Origin: a virus
Lineage: Duplodnaviria; Caudoviricetes
IMG/VR virus record: IMGVR_UViG_3300044802_000092
Location: 1-58,252 of that record
Length of the DNA stretch: 58,252 nt
Strand: one strand, 5' to 3'
In this document: piece after piece, positions 1 through 9,652 of the stretch
How the letters are laid out: every line of letters starts with the position of its first letter
Numbering within the stretch: the stretch's first letter is position 1
Translations under genes and position numbers: made by a program
The notes under the pieces: model-generated
What the model was told of the DNA's origin: nothing
Seen by the model: the letters and a program-made list of their open reading frames with translations, nothing else
Database searches by the model: none

Positions 1-9
1 CCCCCGGCG

Positions 10-252
10 TCACGCGTCGGGGGCGGGGGCGGGGGGCTTAGGTGGGGTGTACAGTGGACCGCTTTGAGGACTGGACATACCGTGCATGCCCACATTAGCC
101 GCAGCCACAATGGACGTAATGAGAATTGCCCAGTTGCCCAGTTGATGGGATACCTCAGGGCCAAACACGTTGGTGAATGAAATAGTGCCCGCGCCGATAG
201 CCGCAATTACCACCAGCCCGACGTTTATCCACATACTGAGGGAAGGAGTCAC
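10..252 (-). CDS. Putative holin / small two-TM membrane protein
   Basis: 80 aa, two hydrophobic segments, Pro-rich tail; last gene of late operon; GTGA overlap with upstream ORF. Confidence 0.5.
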   Translation of the reverse strand: MTPSLSMWINVGLVVIAAIGAGTISFTNVFGPEVSHQLGNWAILITSIVAAANVGMHGMSSPQSGPLYTPPKPPAPAPDA

Positions 253-428
253 TGTTGAGCCTCCTTGGTTTCAGCTGCTCGCATGGCTAAGTACACTTCA
301 GCCAGGGTCGAAGTTATCTCATCTTCTGAAATCATATCTAACGCCCAACTGTCGCCTTTGTCTTCGGCTAGTTGTTTAACCTTTGCCATCCCGGCGCCTA
401 ACACATTCTTTGATACTGTTTTCACCAT
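249..428 (-). CDS. Small hypothetical protein (59 aa, MVKTVSKNVLG...KEAQQ), not in ORF track
   Basis: GGAGG RBS upstream of ATG at 428; stop overlaps the start of the next gene. Confidence 0.65.
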   Translation of the reverse strand: MVKTVSKNVLGAGMAKVKQLAEDKGDSWALDMISEDEITSTLAEVYLAMRAAETKEAQQ

Positions 429-450
429 TTATTGCCTCCTTTAAGTTAGT

Positions 451-1668
451 TTAACCCCGGTACTCAGCGAACACCCCGGAATAGGTCTCAGTTCCATATC
501 CCGTGTTACCCGAAGAGTACTCTAGCAAAGTAGCCGCATTTATTCCGAAAGCGGGGGCGGCGTACCGGGCCACGAGCGGGTGTCCGGCACCGTACTGGAC
601 TTGGCTATGATATCCCACCGTACCCGAAGGGGCACTCGTACTGTTCCACCCGATGCCACATTGAGTAGTGCTACCATCGTTACCTGGGGCTATACGCATC
701 TGAGCGGTTACATCCGCCGATTCTTCCGGAAGTCCGGTGAAAAGATAGATGGTATTGTTTGCTGAAGAGTTCTGCGGTTGCCAAGAGGACCCCGTAATGG
801 CCCAACTGACCGCACCATCTCCCCCCTTTAGGAAAATCGGCACGCGGTGATAAGCATTCCATACCCCCCACTTACGGAGCGTCCCGAAGGAAGTATAGCA
901 AGAGGTATGCCCGGCAGAACTATCCCCATAAACAGACCCCAGATATGTGGCTTGGCCCGCAGATATTCCCGAGTACGTAGTAGATCCATTGTACAGCGTA
1001 ATTGAAACGGCGTTAGTCCAAATCCCTCCGGTACGGGCTAACTGAGTAGTGCCTGCCCCCGTGCCGCGCGAACCCGATCCGGGGGTGTAATTCGCCCAGT
1101 TAGGTCCGAACCCCAAAGTAAGAGTTCCGCCGTTAGAGAAACCCCAAACATCCACAATTCCGTTGGAATTGAGGGCAGAAGTCAGGTTAAGAGTTAAATC
1201 TGAGGCGAAAACCAAGTTGATAAACTGGCTGCCGTTCCACACCGGAACGTAGTTCCCGGTATACGCGGTGTAATATACGGCAGAAGACCCTGTTACGGTG
1301 CTGGACAAAACGGGGGTACCCGAGGCCAGCGTTAACCGGCCTTGAGGCGTGATCGGCGGAACCGAGGTAGATGCCGCAGCCGAGATCAGGCCTAAAATCT
1401 GGGCGGTCAACGCGGTGACTGCCGAGGGTCCCCCCGAATCCAGAACGTTTTCGTTCAGAGTGTTAGCGATGGCATTGGCCAACGCCGCAGACATTACCGA
1501 GGACTGCCGCCAAACTTTGTTTAGGTAGGAGGAATTAGCAATGCCTGCCGTAAACCCGACATCCCCCCACAGGCCTGTGGACTGGGCGGCCACATAGCTA
1601 AGCTGGCTAAGAACATTGGGGGAATCCGTACCATTAGCAAACGGTAGAAAGTCAACTTCGATAGTCAT
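451..1668 (-). CDS. Tail fibre / receptor-binding protein
   Basis: N-terminal FLPFA...NKVWRQSSVMSAALA baseplate-anchoring motif typical of myophage fibres; follows baseplate wedge genes. Confidence 0.8.
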   Translation of the reverse strand: MTIEVDFLPFANGTDSPNVLSQLSYVAAQSTGLWGDVGFTAGIANSSYLNKVWRQSSVMSAALANAIANTLNENVLDSGGPSAVTALTAQILGLISAAASTSVPPITPQGRLTLASGTPVLSSTVTGSSAVYYTAYTGNYVPVWNGSQFINLVFASDLTLNLTSALNSNGIVDVWGFSNGGTLTLGFGPNWANYTPGSGSRGTGAGTTQLARTGGIWTNAVSITLYNGSTTYSGISAGQATYLGSVYGDSSAGHTSCYTSFGTLRKWGVWNAYHRVPIFLKGGDGAVSWAITGSSWQPQNSSANNTIYLFTGLPEESADVTAQMRIAPGNDGSTTQCGIGWNSTSAPSGTVGYHSQVQYGAGHPLVARYAAPAFGINAATLLEYSSGNTGYGTETYSGVFAEYRG

Positions 1669-2442
1669 TTAAGCTCCCTCATATACTGTACCCCAAGCGC
1701 CCGTGTCGAAACCTGCCACGGCCGTGTTTTGAGCGTCGAACCCAAAATATGGCGCAGATGGTACAGAGGGCACTAGATAAGCGTCTATTTGAACCCCGGA
1801 GGGCTTCAAGGCCAGATACCCCCCGGTGAACAGCGCCAGCGTGAGGGCGTCAGGCAGGGAACCAAGCAGGGCGTACTGCATGTGCATGCCCCCCAGGTCC
1901 TCAATCAACACCGTGAAAGCCGACGCCGGGAACAGGTCCGCCCACGCGGCATACGCCGAGGGCACTGTGCCGTCCCAATGGTTGGCTGCAATTTTCGCGT
2001 AAAGCAGCAACCGGTAAGTGTTATCATCAAGTTGAGTCACCCCAGTTGAGGGGTTGTAGGGGCCAAACCACGATCCCTGATCGAAACCCACCCCCGAGGT
2101 GTCAAAGGCGAAGTAAACCCCCACTAAAGGCGTTTGGATAAATCGGGTTACCCCAATCCATTCCCCTACCCAGTCCAGCTGTTGCCCAACAGCGGTGTCC
2201 AGATCGAACAATGAAGGAATCTTGGACAACTGCGTGACGAGGTCCGCCAACGGCTGAACGGTTGCAGCCACCATATTCATAAACTTGGGCTTGGTAGCAA
2301 ACTTAGACGTAATCAGCCCCGCCCACGTGGCCACGGTACCCACAGCGGGGCCGACGCCGTTTGCCCAATTAACGGGGACCTGCCATAGGTCGTTTTCGGT
2401 TACGCCGGGTTCTTCCCAGTAACCGATGAAATCGCCGCTCAT
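1669..2442 (-). CDS. Baseplate wedge protein (DUF2612-like)
   Basis: FDLDTAVGQQLDWVGEWIG and LDDxTYRLLLYAKIAANHWDGT motifs; downstream of baseplate J. Confidence 0.85.
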   Translation of the reverse strand: MSGDFIGYWEEPGVTENDLWQVPVNWANGVGPAVGTVATWAGLITSKFATKPKFMNMVAATVQPLADLVTQLSKIPSLFDLDTAVGQQLDWVGEWIGVTRFIQTPLVGVYFAFDTSGVGFDQGSWFGPYNPSTGVTQLDDNTYRLLLYAKIAANHWDGTVPSAYAAWADLFPASAFTVLIEDLGGMHMQYALLGSLPDALTLALFTGGYLALKPSGVQIDAYLVPSVPSAPYFGFDAQNTAVAGFDTGAWGTVYEGA

Positions 2443-3653
2443 GGTGTCAGCACCGTAATATTCGCAATCGGGGACGTGAACACTTCATAATAGCTGGCCG
2501 CCACGTCCGAGGCGGCGGGTGGCCCCGACCGTGATTGTAAGATCGAGTTGATGGAGTAGGTAGACGCAAGCGCGTCAAGCTGCACCTGGGTCAACCCGGT
2601 TCCAACCGTCGCTTCGTCCCCCTTCAACTGCGCGGGACTGTAAAGGCGACTCAGGTAGGAGTTGTCCCCAATGCCGTATTCAGATATGAACTGTGAAACG
2701 GCCTGTTTAATGTAATCCTCAGTGTTGGCGTTAAACCCCAGCAGGGCATTTACGTGCACTACAACGGTGAGGGGAATGATACTGAGGGGGTACCAGTTGA
2801 TGACTTTCGGCAGCCCGTTCTGATCGGTTACCGCCAGAGAAGAAGTGCCGTAGGTACTGCACCCGATTGATTTCGTGTTCTGAATCGTTTGGGCTATCTG
2901 TGAAGAAATGCCCCCCTCAACCACGGCAGAAACGCAGTGTGGGGGAATTCCTAGAGAATTAATGCTGTCAGTGTCGTTTTCATATACCTGTACCCGCCCC
3001 ACACCGGCTAGACGCAAAAGGTTGGCTTTTATCGAACCGACCGGCGTAACTGAGGGGGCAGCCACGCTGGCCTGTTGCCGGGCCAGCAACTGGGGGTCAG
3101 TCTCCACCGGGTTCCCGGATGTTGCAACTGTTGGGTTGGTGGCGGTTTGCCACCCCAATTGTGGGTTTAGTATCTGGGCAATATCACCTATTCCCGCATT
3201 GGTTGCCCCCGCCACGGTACAGGTAGCTGTAACCGTAATGCTTCCCCCGGAGGGTATCGTAACCGAGGGGGGAAGCGCCCATTGAGTACCAAGTCCGAGG
3301 GTGTCACCCACGAGGCCGTTGACGATTGTCGTGTTCACCGTTCCGCCAATGGTTACGGGGACGGTGCTCTGACTGGCTGATTTGCGTCTGATGCCGGATA
3401 ACTTAACGGCCAGGGAGAGCGCCGCGCCTTGGGCCGAACCCGGCGCGTAGGAGCTGTACACCGCCAGGCCCATTTGATTCGCATCGTTGACCGCCTGGGC
3501 GAAAGTGGCTACATGCTGGCCGTCCTGAGATGCGGGGGTGAGATCGGCGTCCGACCCGTACAGGCTATAGTAAGTGTTTTGATAATAGGTGAGAATGTCC
3601 GAGTATGCAGGCACGGAGGCGCCGTTTGGACCTATCGTCAATGCCATTGTCAT
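2439..3653 (-). CDS. Baseplate J-like protein
   Basis: GxPVETDxQLxxR and VYENDT...GIPPHCVSAVVEGG motifs; size and position. Confidence 0.9.
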   Translation of the reverse strand: MTMALTIGPNGASVPAYSDILTYYQNTYYSLYGSDADLTPASQDGQHVATFAQAVNDANQMGLAVYSSYAPGSAQGAALSLAVKLSGIRRKSASQSTVPVTIGGTVNTTIVNGLVGDTLGLGTQWALPPSVTIPSGGSITVTATCTVAGATNAGIGDIAQILNPQLGWQTATNPTVATSGNPVETDPQLLARQQASVAAPSVTPVGSIKANLLRLAGVGRVQVYENDTDSINSLGIPPHCVSAVVEGGISSQIAQTIQNTKSIGCSTYGTSSLAVTDQNGLPKVINWYPLSIIPLTVVVHVNALLGFNANTEDYIKQAVSQFISEYGIGDNSYLSRLYSPAQLKGDEATVGTGLTQVQLDALASTYSINSILQSRSGPPAASDVAASYYEVFTSPIANITVLTP

Positions 3654-3663
3654 TGGGTGTACC

Positions 3664-4014
3664 TCACGGCAGGATGGTAGAAACGGAGGTTTGACCGTAC
3701 GCGGTATCGATGTTAGAAGTTACGGTAAGCTTGCGGGTAGCCGGGTCAACGGTGCTGGAATAGTTGGGAAGCCCGGTGACGCCGGGAACTGCCAATATCG
3801 TGCCTTGAAGGGCTGTGTCGTAATTCCCTCCGTAATCAAGGATTTCCTGCCACCAGGGAGTACCAAAGGTGTTATCCAGGAACCATTCACCCTCACTTAT
3901 GTCCAGGGTGTTTTGCACTAGCTGTCCGACAGCAGCCGGTACGTTCACTAAGAAATCTGCATTTCCGTGTCCGAAGACGTAGTCCCCGTTCGCGTCCTGT
4001 TTCCGTACTCTCAT
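3664..4014 (-). CDS. Baseplate wedge subunit (gp46/W-like)
   Basis: MRVRKQDANGDYVFG...GEWFLDxxxGTPW...IDTAYG. Confidence 0.85.
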   Translation of the reverse strand: MRVRKQDANGDYVFGHGNADFLVNVPAAVGQLVQNTLDISEGEWFLDNTFGTPWWQEILDYGGNYDTALQGTILAVPGVTGLPNYSSTVDPATRKLTVTSNIDTAYGQTSVSTILP

Positions 4015-4667
4015 GTTCCCGCCGTTGGACTTGTGTTATTTCCAGGGTGCTTGTGTGTCTGCAATCCTACTTGATCCGCTCCGCCGTTGCCCGCCGTAAC
4101 CGAACCTGTAACTTGCAAGTTTCCGTTGATGACCACCCCAGCGGGGGCCGTGATGTACACCTGGCCTAAGGGGTTAATGCCAATTACGGCAGTGCCTGCG
4201 ACGTTTCGCAACTGGAAGTCTGTGGTTGAGATGCTGGCGGGGACGCGCGGAACGGAAAACAGACCCGGAATGAACATGCCGTCTGAAAGATCGTGCATGC
4301 GAATTTCAGCTTGCTTTTGCACCCCACCCGACTGCCACCAAGAGTCAATGCACCGCGCCGAAAAGAGCACGCCGCCCTCATCCCCTACTTTGAGGGGAAA
4401 GGTTGCTACGAAACCCCCGCCGCCCGGAAAGAATACTGGGCAGTCCACCAACACCGGCAGCTTTACGTCTACCCATTTCTCGTCAACGTTAGCCCCGTTT
4501 TGCTGGCGGAACTGCGCCATGATCGCGGGCTGCACAGACACGGTGTTGGCCGCCGGATTGTAGGACTGCACAATGCTAGGAAGGGAGGTCCAAATATCCG
4601 CCCGCTCCTGATGCAGCAGCGCCTTTACCGAAACCAGCAGATTTCCAAAACGCTCGCGCCGGTCCAC
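4011..4667 (-). CDS. Baseplate central spike (gp138/gpV-like)
   Basis: LPVLVDCPVxFPGGGG, RMHDLSD, C-terminal THKH metal-binding tip. Confidence 0.88.
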   Translation of the reverse strand: MDRRERFGNLLVSVKALLHQERADIWTSLPSIVQSYNPAANTVSVQPAIMAQFRQQNGANVDEKWVDVKLPVLVDCPVFFPGGGGFVATFPLKVGDEGGVLFSARCIDSWWQSGGVQKQAEIRMHDLSDGMFIPGLFSVPRVPASISTTDFQLRNVAGTAVIGINPLGQVYITAPAGVVINGNLQVTGSVTAGNGGADQVGLQTHKHPGNNTSPTAGT

Positions 4668-5603
4668 CTAATAAGCCCGCGTCGTGTTAGAGGTTTTGTC
4701 CAGAGCTAGGCAAATTACGTGAGATTGCCAGTCATTGCCCCTTATGCTCCCCTGATGCTCCACGACCAGCGTTTGGTAGATTCCGTCGTCGGCGGTTGAG
4801 GCGAAGAAGTTCAAGTCCGTCCATCCCGGATACAGCCCCCCGAACTGCCGCTGGGTGGTCTGGTTAATTGAGGCGTTGTCTAACTTTACTTGAGTGCCCA
4901 CGTTTATTAGTGGGTTGAGCAGACACGTGACCTCGATTCCCTGATTGGTGGCCTCCGGAATCAAGATCATTCCGGTTTTGGCTGTTAATACTACAGCCTG
5001 GCCGGGCAGGTAACCGGTAAGAGGTTTTAGAATCAGCTGCCCGTCTTTGATATACCACGACATGGCCTTCGACGCGGTGAGCTTGTCCAACTGATACTTG
5101 GCTAACCCGAACAACACCTTGCCTCGAGGCAGCACGCCCCCTGTCGCGGCCAGCGCGGTATTATTATTTGGGTGGGGGTTCACCCCCACACCCGAAGCCA
5201 CCTTTTGGATGGCCGCATATTGACTGGCCGCCCCGGTATTGCCCGCAGACAGCGTTGTATTGATGAAGCCAAAATGGTGAAACAAATCCCCATCGCTGGC
5301 CATGATGTCGACGTAACTATCGACGGCGCTCAACCGGCCCCGCTTCACCTGCATAATCTGACCGTTGAAAATCTGCGCGTAGTTGCCGTTCACATACCCG
5401 GCCTGAAGGGATACGGTCTGGAACTCGTTTTGAACGGCCTTGGCAGTAGAATCCTTCAGATTAAAAATTCGAATGTGTGCGGTATTCGGGGCAGTCTGAT
5501 CCGCTTGTTGTGTTGCAAACTGAATCTGCATGTTCGACAAGTCGAGACCCGACTGCCCCGTGGCCACCACCAAACCTATTTTACGGAGGTATTGGTCACT
5601 CAT
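4668..5603 (-). CDS. Baseplate hub protein
   Basis: PNTAxIRIFNL, LQAGY, IFxGQI, TGMIxxPE, CLLNP motifs. Confidence 0.82.
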   Translation of the reverse strand: MSDQYLRKIGLVVATGQSGLDLSNMQIQFATQQADQTAPNTAHIRIFNLKDSTAKAVQNEFQTVSLQAGYVNGNYAQIFNGQIMQVKRGRLSAVDSYVDIMASDGDLFHHFGFINTTLSAGNTGAASQYAAIQKVASGVGVNPHPNNNTALAATGGVLPRGKVLFGLAKYQLDKLTASKAMSWYIKDGQLILKPLTGYLPGQAVVLTAKTGMILIPEATNQGIEVTCLLNPLINVGTQVKLDNASINQTTQRQFGGLYPGWTDLNFFASTADDGIYQTLVVEHQGSIRGNDWQSHVICLALDKTSNTTRAY

Positions 5604-6197
5604 TTAGGCGGCGCGTTGTTCCGGAATCGAAACGCCGGCCAGTCCTAACCTTTGCAGGGTGGACATAAGCACCGCAACACCCAGCTGCTTGTCTACCTCG
5701 TTCGGGTCGAACACCCCGTCTCCGACGTATTTACCGCAGGTATAGATATTGCTGCCTGCCCACACGTAAGGGGAGAGGATGGTCCGATGGTAAAGATGGT
5801 AGCCCTCGCCGTTGTATTCTTCGGCGTGAAACAAAATAGAACCCAAACTCCAATCGGTTACCCGATGGAACCCCTCATGTTCAAGTGCGGCTACTGCCCC
5901 GTCTTCAAAGGTCTTGAACGGTCCCATATGGGCCGGAACGTTGATAGTGGCCCGGCTCAAAGGTTCGCCGTCACCCAGAAACTTGGTAAAGTTCAAAGAG
6001 GCTTCCCGGTAGTGAAGACACCCAATTAAAAACCAGGGCACACCGTTTGTGCGAATAGAAACCGCGCCGTACCGCGCCTCATTTTGAGCAATGTTGTGTG
6101 CGGCTTTCTCAGCCTCGGCGATTCGGGCCGGATGCACTACCATTTCCGCGAAGTTGTGCTCATATTGTTTCCGCCATGTGTCGGTCAACTTAACCAT
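5604..6197 (-). CDS. Lysozyme-family peptidoglycan hydrolase (probable endolysin)
   Basis: GVPWFLIGCLHYRE, ExYNGxGY, SPYVWAGS, GKYVxDGxFD, DKQLG motifs (COG5526-like). Confidence 0.8.
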   Translation of the reverse strand: MVKLTDTWRKQYEHNFAEMVVHPARIAEAEKAAHNIAQNEARYGAVSIRTNGVPWFLIGCLHYREASLNFTKFLGDGEPLSRATINVPAHMGPFKTFEDGAVAALEHEGFHRVTDWSLGSILFHAEEYNGEGYHLYHRTILSPYVWAGSNIYTCGKYVGDGVFDPNEVDKQLGVAVLMSTLQRLGLAGVSIPEQRAA

Positions 6198-6216
6198 TGT
6201 TTCCTCCGTCTAGTGT

Positions 6217-6525
6217 TTATGGGAACACTGCGTACAGGTGTGACGTGTTACCCAGATTTTCATATGTCGGCGCCGCAAATGTGTTAAAGTCGGTTTGAAC
6301 GATCAGTTCAAACCCGAAGCCCAAATAAGAATAGGGGTCTAGCAGGTCCGCCCCTGTGATGAGAGCAACCCCCTGCACAAGAGGGGTGTTGTTTTGATCA
6401 GCAATATCAATGAACCAAACCCCTGCAAAAGTATTCCAGTGTACGTTAAAGTTGTACACAATCGCGCCCAGGGTTATGTTGAACGCCTGGGCTTCAGCTT
6501 TCAGAGGAATTTCGTAGGCCGTCAT
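6217..6525 (-). CDS. Small baseplate protein
   Basis: YEIPL...WN...WFIDI...LITGADLLxxY...PTYENLG; position between tube initiator and hub. Confidence 0.75.
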   Translation of the reverse strand: MTAYEIPLKAEAQAFNITLGAIVYNFNVHWNTFAGVWFIDIADQNNTPLVQGVALITGADLLDPYSYLGFGFELIVQTDFNTFAAPTYENLGNTSHLYAVFP

Positions 6526-7094
6526 GGTTTGGCCGTTGGGTTAAAGCTAGGCGCGGGTCCCGCAGCAACGCTTCCATTCTGGCCGGTGGCCCCGTTCACC
6601 TTGGGATTAGACTGCTGACTTGAAGGAGGAACAGAGACCACCTGGGTAGTGGCCATCAAGATTTCTTGACACTCAAGCACCAGGAACAAGGCGTTTTCAT
6701 ATTTCTCGTCTGTAACCTGCATAAGCGACACGATTAGCATGTTTTTGTATAATCGCTTACCGGTTTGAATGCCAAATGGCTGGCGGGAAGCCTGCAGAGA
6801 CAGGAAGTTTTGGTACTGTGTGTCGATGTATTTGGGGTTGAAGGCCGCTTTGAGTCCGGAATTGGAAAAACCAACGGTCAATGTAAGCCGCGCAGGCATT
6901 TTGTAGGCATGATCTGTAATGTTTGCGCCCATCTCAACCGGGTGTTCGGTGAGACGCATCTGGTCAACGCCCCGTTCCTCAATGGTTACATCCGCAACAA
7001 ACCCCGCAATTTTGCGGGGCCGAATGAAGACGGAGCCGAAGAACAGCGAAAGGCCAAGCTCGACGGCCGAGACGCCCAGGGCCGGAATGCTCAT
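6522..7094 (-). CDS. Tail tube initiator / Dit-like baseplate protein
   Basis: TEHPVExGAxITDHAY, TGKRLYKNMLI motifs. Confidence 0.8.
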   Translation of the reverse strand: MSIPALGVSAVELGLSLFFGSVFIRPRKIAGFVADVTIEERGVDQMRLTEHPVEMGANITDHAYKMPARLTLTVGFSNSGLKAAFNPKYIDTQYQNFLSLQASRQPFGIQTGKRLYKNMLIVSLMQVTDEKYENALFLVLECQEILMATTQVVSVPPSSQQSNPKVNGATGQNGSVAAGPAPSFNPTAKP

Positions 7095-8548
7095 CTTACC
7101 GTGTCACCTCTAATCATCTGGCGCAGCTGTTGGTTTTGTGCGGCTATTCCCTTCGCCACAGCGGAAGCAGCCGCAGCGGGGTCCCCCACTCCGTGTACGG
7201 TGATGTTGTTAGTCTGCGCAATGTTTGATGTCCCGCCCCCTCCGCCCTGCGCCCCCCAATGTGCGGCCAGTTGCCGCCGCTGCTGAGCGATAGCGTCCCC
7301 CGCTATGTCAGGGCGCTCGTAAAAGTGTCCGACCGCGTAACCCGCGTCCCCAGCGGTGCGGGTGTCACGCAACCTGCGGCCCGCCCCCTGTTCTTTTCCC
7401 TGTGTCAATTCGTACTGGACGAAAGCCAGCTGCTCCTGGAGGGACGAACCAACAATTGAATGTCCGGACCATGCCTCAAAGTCCTTGCGCCGCTGCGTAT
7501 CCCATTGCGCGACACCGTACATACCATTACTGTTGCGGGCCGCTGGATTGAAACCGCTTTCAGCCTGAAGGTTGGCAGCAATGCCCACAGCCTGTTCGCG
7601 TGACCAGCCTTGCGCCACAAAATAATCAACTATCCCGGATGCTCCACCCCTACCCCCACCGCCACCGGCGGACCCCGCACCCCCACCGCCACCGGCGGAC
7701 CCCGCACCCCCGCTATTTGCCCGGCCATAAATCTGATCGACAGCAAGGCCGACAGCAATGCCGCCCGGGCCAAGCATGCCGCCCAGGCCAATCCAAGGTG
7801 TGTCTGCCCCTGCGGGGGCTTTGTTTTGACTGAGGCTATCAATGAACTTGGTCCAGATGTCAACGCTTTTCTGTACCGGCTCAACAAAGTTGAGAGCAAT
7901 TTTTGTTCCCAACACCTCGAAGGCCTGCCCCAGGCTGTTCATGGACCGGGCAAAACTCGTAAACTTCTTCGCCGCGTCGTCCGCGTCGACACCCGCCCGG
8001 CGGAACCGGTCCGCACTTTCTTCCTGTCGGGCCTTCAGTTGATCGAGATTCATCCACAACTGGCGGAACGTTTGCTCATCCATTCCGAACATGCCCGCAA
8101 CCTGAGCTGCAGCAAAATACCCCTTTTCGCCAAACTGGCCCTTCAGCTTCTCCACCAGCTGCTGCATGCGGGCAATCGGATCGCCCCCGCCGACGCCCAA
8201 GTTGGTCAGCAACCCTTGCAGGCCAGGATTGAGGCGGAGAGCTTGCGTGAACGCCTCAACTGAGTGGCGGGAGGCCTCCGCAGTGAGGCCGATCTGAGTT
8301 GCGGCAAATGAGTAGTTGAGTAGCGTTCCCGCGCCCGCCCCGGTGCGCTGGGAGGTGTAATAAAGCAGTTCGTACTGGCGGGCTATGACGTCTACGGCAT
8401 GCACAACCCGTTGCGCGGCCTCGGCCGCACGTTGGCCAATGCTGTAAACGGCCAACGCCCCTTTCTTGGTAGCGGCCATGAAATTCTTGAACGAGGTATC
8501 CTCGATCTTGAACCCCAGTTTTACTAGATATTCATCGAGAACTTGCAT
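7091..8548 (-). CDS. Tape measure protein with C-terminal phage lysozyme domain
   Basis: EYLVKLGF N-terminus (start at MQVL, 8548); GWSxxQAxGIxANLQAESGFNP...GVAQW...YERP lysozyme-2-like domain. Confidence 0.85.
   Translation of the reverse strand: MQVLDEYLVKLGFKIEDTSFKNFMAATKKGALAVYSIGQRAAEAAQRVVHAVDVIARQYELLYYTSQRTGAGAGTLLNYSFAATQIGLTAEASRHSVEAFTQALRLNPGLQGLLTNLGVGGGDPIARMQQLVEKLKGQFGEKGYFAAAQVAGMFGMDEQTFRQLWMNLDQLKARQEESADRFRRAGVDADDAAKKFTSFARSMNSLGQAFEVLGTKIALNFVEPVQKSVDIWTKFIDSLSQNKAPAGADTPWIGLGGMLGPGGIAVGLAVDQIYGRANSGGAGSAGGGGGAGSAGGGGGRGGASGIVDYFVAQGWSREQAVGIAANLQAESGFNPAARNSNGMYGVAQWDTQRRKDFEAWSGHSIVGSSLQEQLAFVQYELTQGKEQGAGRRLRDTRTAGDAGYAVGHFYERPDIAGDAIAQQRRQLAAHWGAQGGGGGTSNIAQTNNITVHGVGDPAAAASAVAKGIAAQNQQLRQMIRGDTVR
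7654..7711. repeat. 27-bp tandem duplication encoding GAGSAGGGG linker in tape measure gene
   Basis: CCCCACCGCCACCGGCGGACCCCGCAC occurs twice in tandem. Confidence 0.85.
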
Positions 8549-8759
8549 GGCGTTGCGTCCATTCTTGGTGGCGGCGCTCATTTTCCCGGCTGACAGCTAG
8601 ATGATCGTGCATCAAACACAAATCAAATAGGTCGACCTCTCCGCGCTTCAGCCACAAGTAGTCACACAGTCCTTCAGAACACGGCACCAGCAGCCAGCTG
8701 TATTTGGACGTTGCCCAGTTTACAGCCGGAGGCTCTCCAAACTGCTGAGGCTTCCAGTA
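8532..8759 (-). CDS. Tail assembly chaperone -1 frameshift extension (gpT-like)
   Basis: Open -1 frame after T-TTT-TTT (8765-8759): YWKPQQF...WLLVPCSEGLCDYLWLKRGEVDLFDLCLMHDHLAVSRENERR..., stop at 8532. Confidence 0.75.
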   Translation of the reverse strand, partial: YWKPQQFGEPPAVNWATSKYSWLLVPCSEGLCDYLWLKRGEVDLFDLCLMHDHLAVSRENERRHQEWTQRHASSR

Positions 8760-9160
8760 AAAAAATCCGGCAACCGGTGGGCGTCCAACACCGCCCAGAT
8801 CAACTCCAGCATCCCCTGCATGTCGATGTCGTTGAAGGCCAGCATTCCGCTGACGTAAACGGGAACAAAATGTCCCTGCTGTTCCCTCAATACGGCGCCG
8901 AACACTAGCCGGTTAATCCGCTCAATATCAGCGGGGTCCAGGCCCGCAGTCAACGCGCAGTATGCCTGAGGGAAGTGCTCGGCAAGCTTGTTTTTGTCGG
9001 TCTGCATGGCAAGCATGGCTAATACCGGCGACAGCTTGCGGGCGATTTCAAACTGCTCAAACGTATTGAGGCGTTTGATAAGGTACTTGTTGCCACCGAC
9101 CGTGACTTGACTGTCGGGGTTTGAGGGAACAGGGGGGGTTGCGGTTTTAGGTTGCGCCAT
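8720..9160 (-). CDS. Tail assembly chaperone (gpG-like)
   Basis: Between tube and TMP; LNTFEQFEIARKLSP; ends near slippery site ...DFF. Confidence 0.8.
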   Translation of the reverse strand: MAQPKTATPPVPSNPDSQVTVGGNKYLIKRLNTFEQFEIARKLSPVLAMLAMQTDKNKLAEHFPQAYCALTAGLDPADIERINRLVFGAVLREQQGHFVPVYVSGMLAFNDIDMQGMLELIWAVLDAHRLPDFFTGSLSSLESLRL

Positions 9161-9183
9161 CTTTTCCTCCTATGGTACACTTA

Positions 9184-9639
9184 CTAAACGTTAATGTCCG
9201 GCACGCCGTAGCCAAGAATGGGGATAACGTTTCCGTAAAACAACCACTCATTGTGATTCGCGTCTTCGCTGTACGTAATCGCCGCGTGTTTAGCGAAGGC
9301 AATCGTGTCGCCGGTCAAGATATCCCCCCGATAAACGTCCGAAACTGCCAAAACGTTCACGCCCCATCCGGAAATAGTGAGACGCTGAAGGTTGTACATG
9401 GCGTTCAGCAGAAAATTGGTGGGAGAAATCTTAAGCAGCCGCACATGGATGCGGGAAGCGTTCGAGGCACGCAGGCTGTGCATGAGGGCACCGTCTGCGC
9501 CAACGTCCATCCTGTCCTTCTCGTCAAGGGGTTCGTAACTTATCCCCTCTTTGGCGGAAGCGGCACCATAGCCGAGAGACACGGCCCCGCCCAGCCCGAT
9601 CAGGGTGGCATTCACCGACATGAAAGAATAGGTGGCCAT
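9184..9639 (-). CDS. Tail tube protein (DUF3277-like)
   Basis: MATYSF, MDVGADGxxMHSL, LLKxSPxN motifs; follows sheath. Confidence 0.85.
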   Translation of the reverse strand: MATYSFMSVNATLIGLGGAVSLGYGAASAKEGISYEPLDEKDRMDVGADGALMHSLRASNASRIHVRLLKISPTNFLLNAMYNLQRLTISGWGVNVLAVSDVYRGDILTGDTIAFAKHAAITYSEDANHNEWLFYGNVIPILGYGVPDINV

Positions 9640-9652
9640 GTTTCAGAACTCC

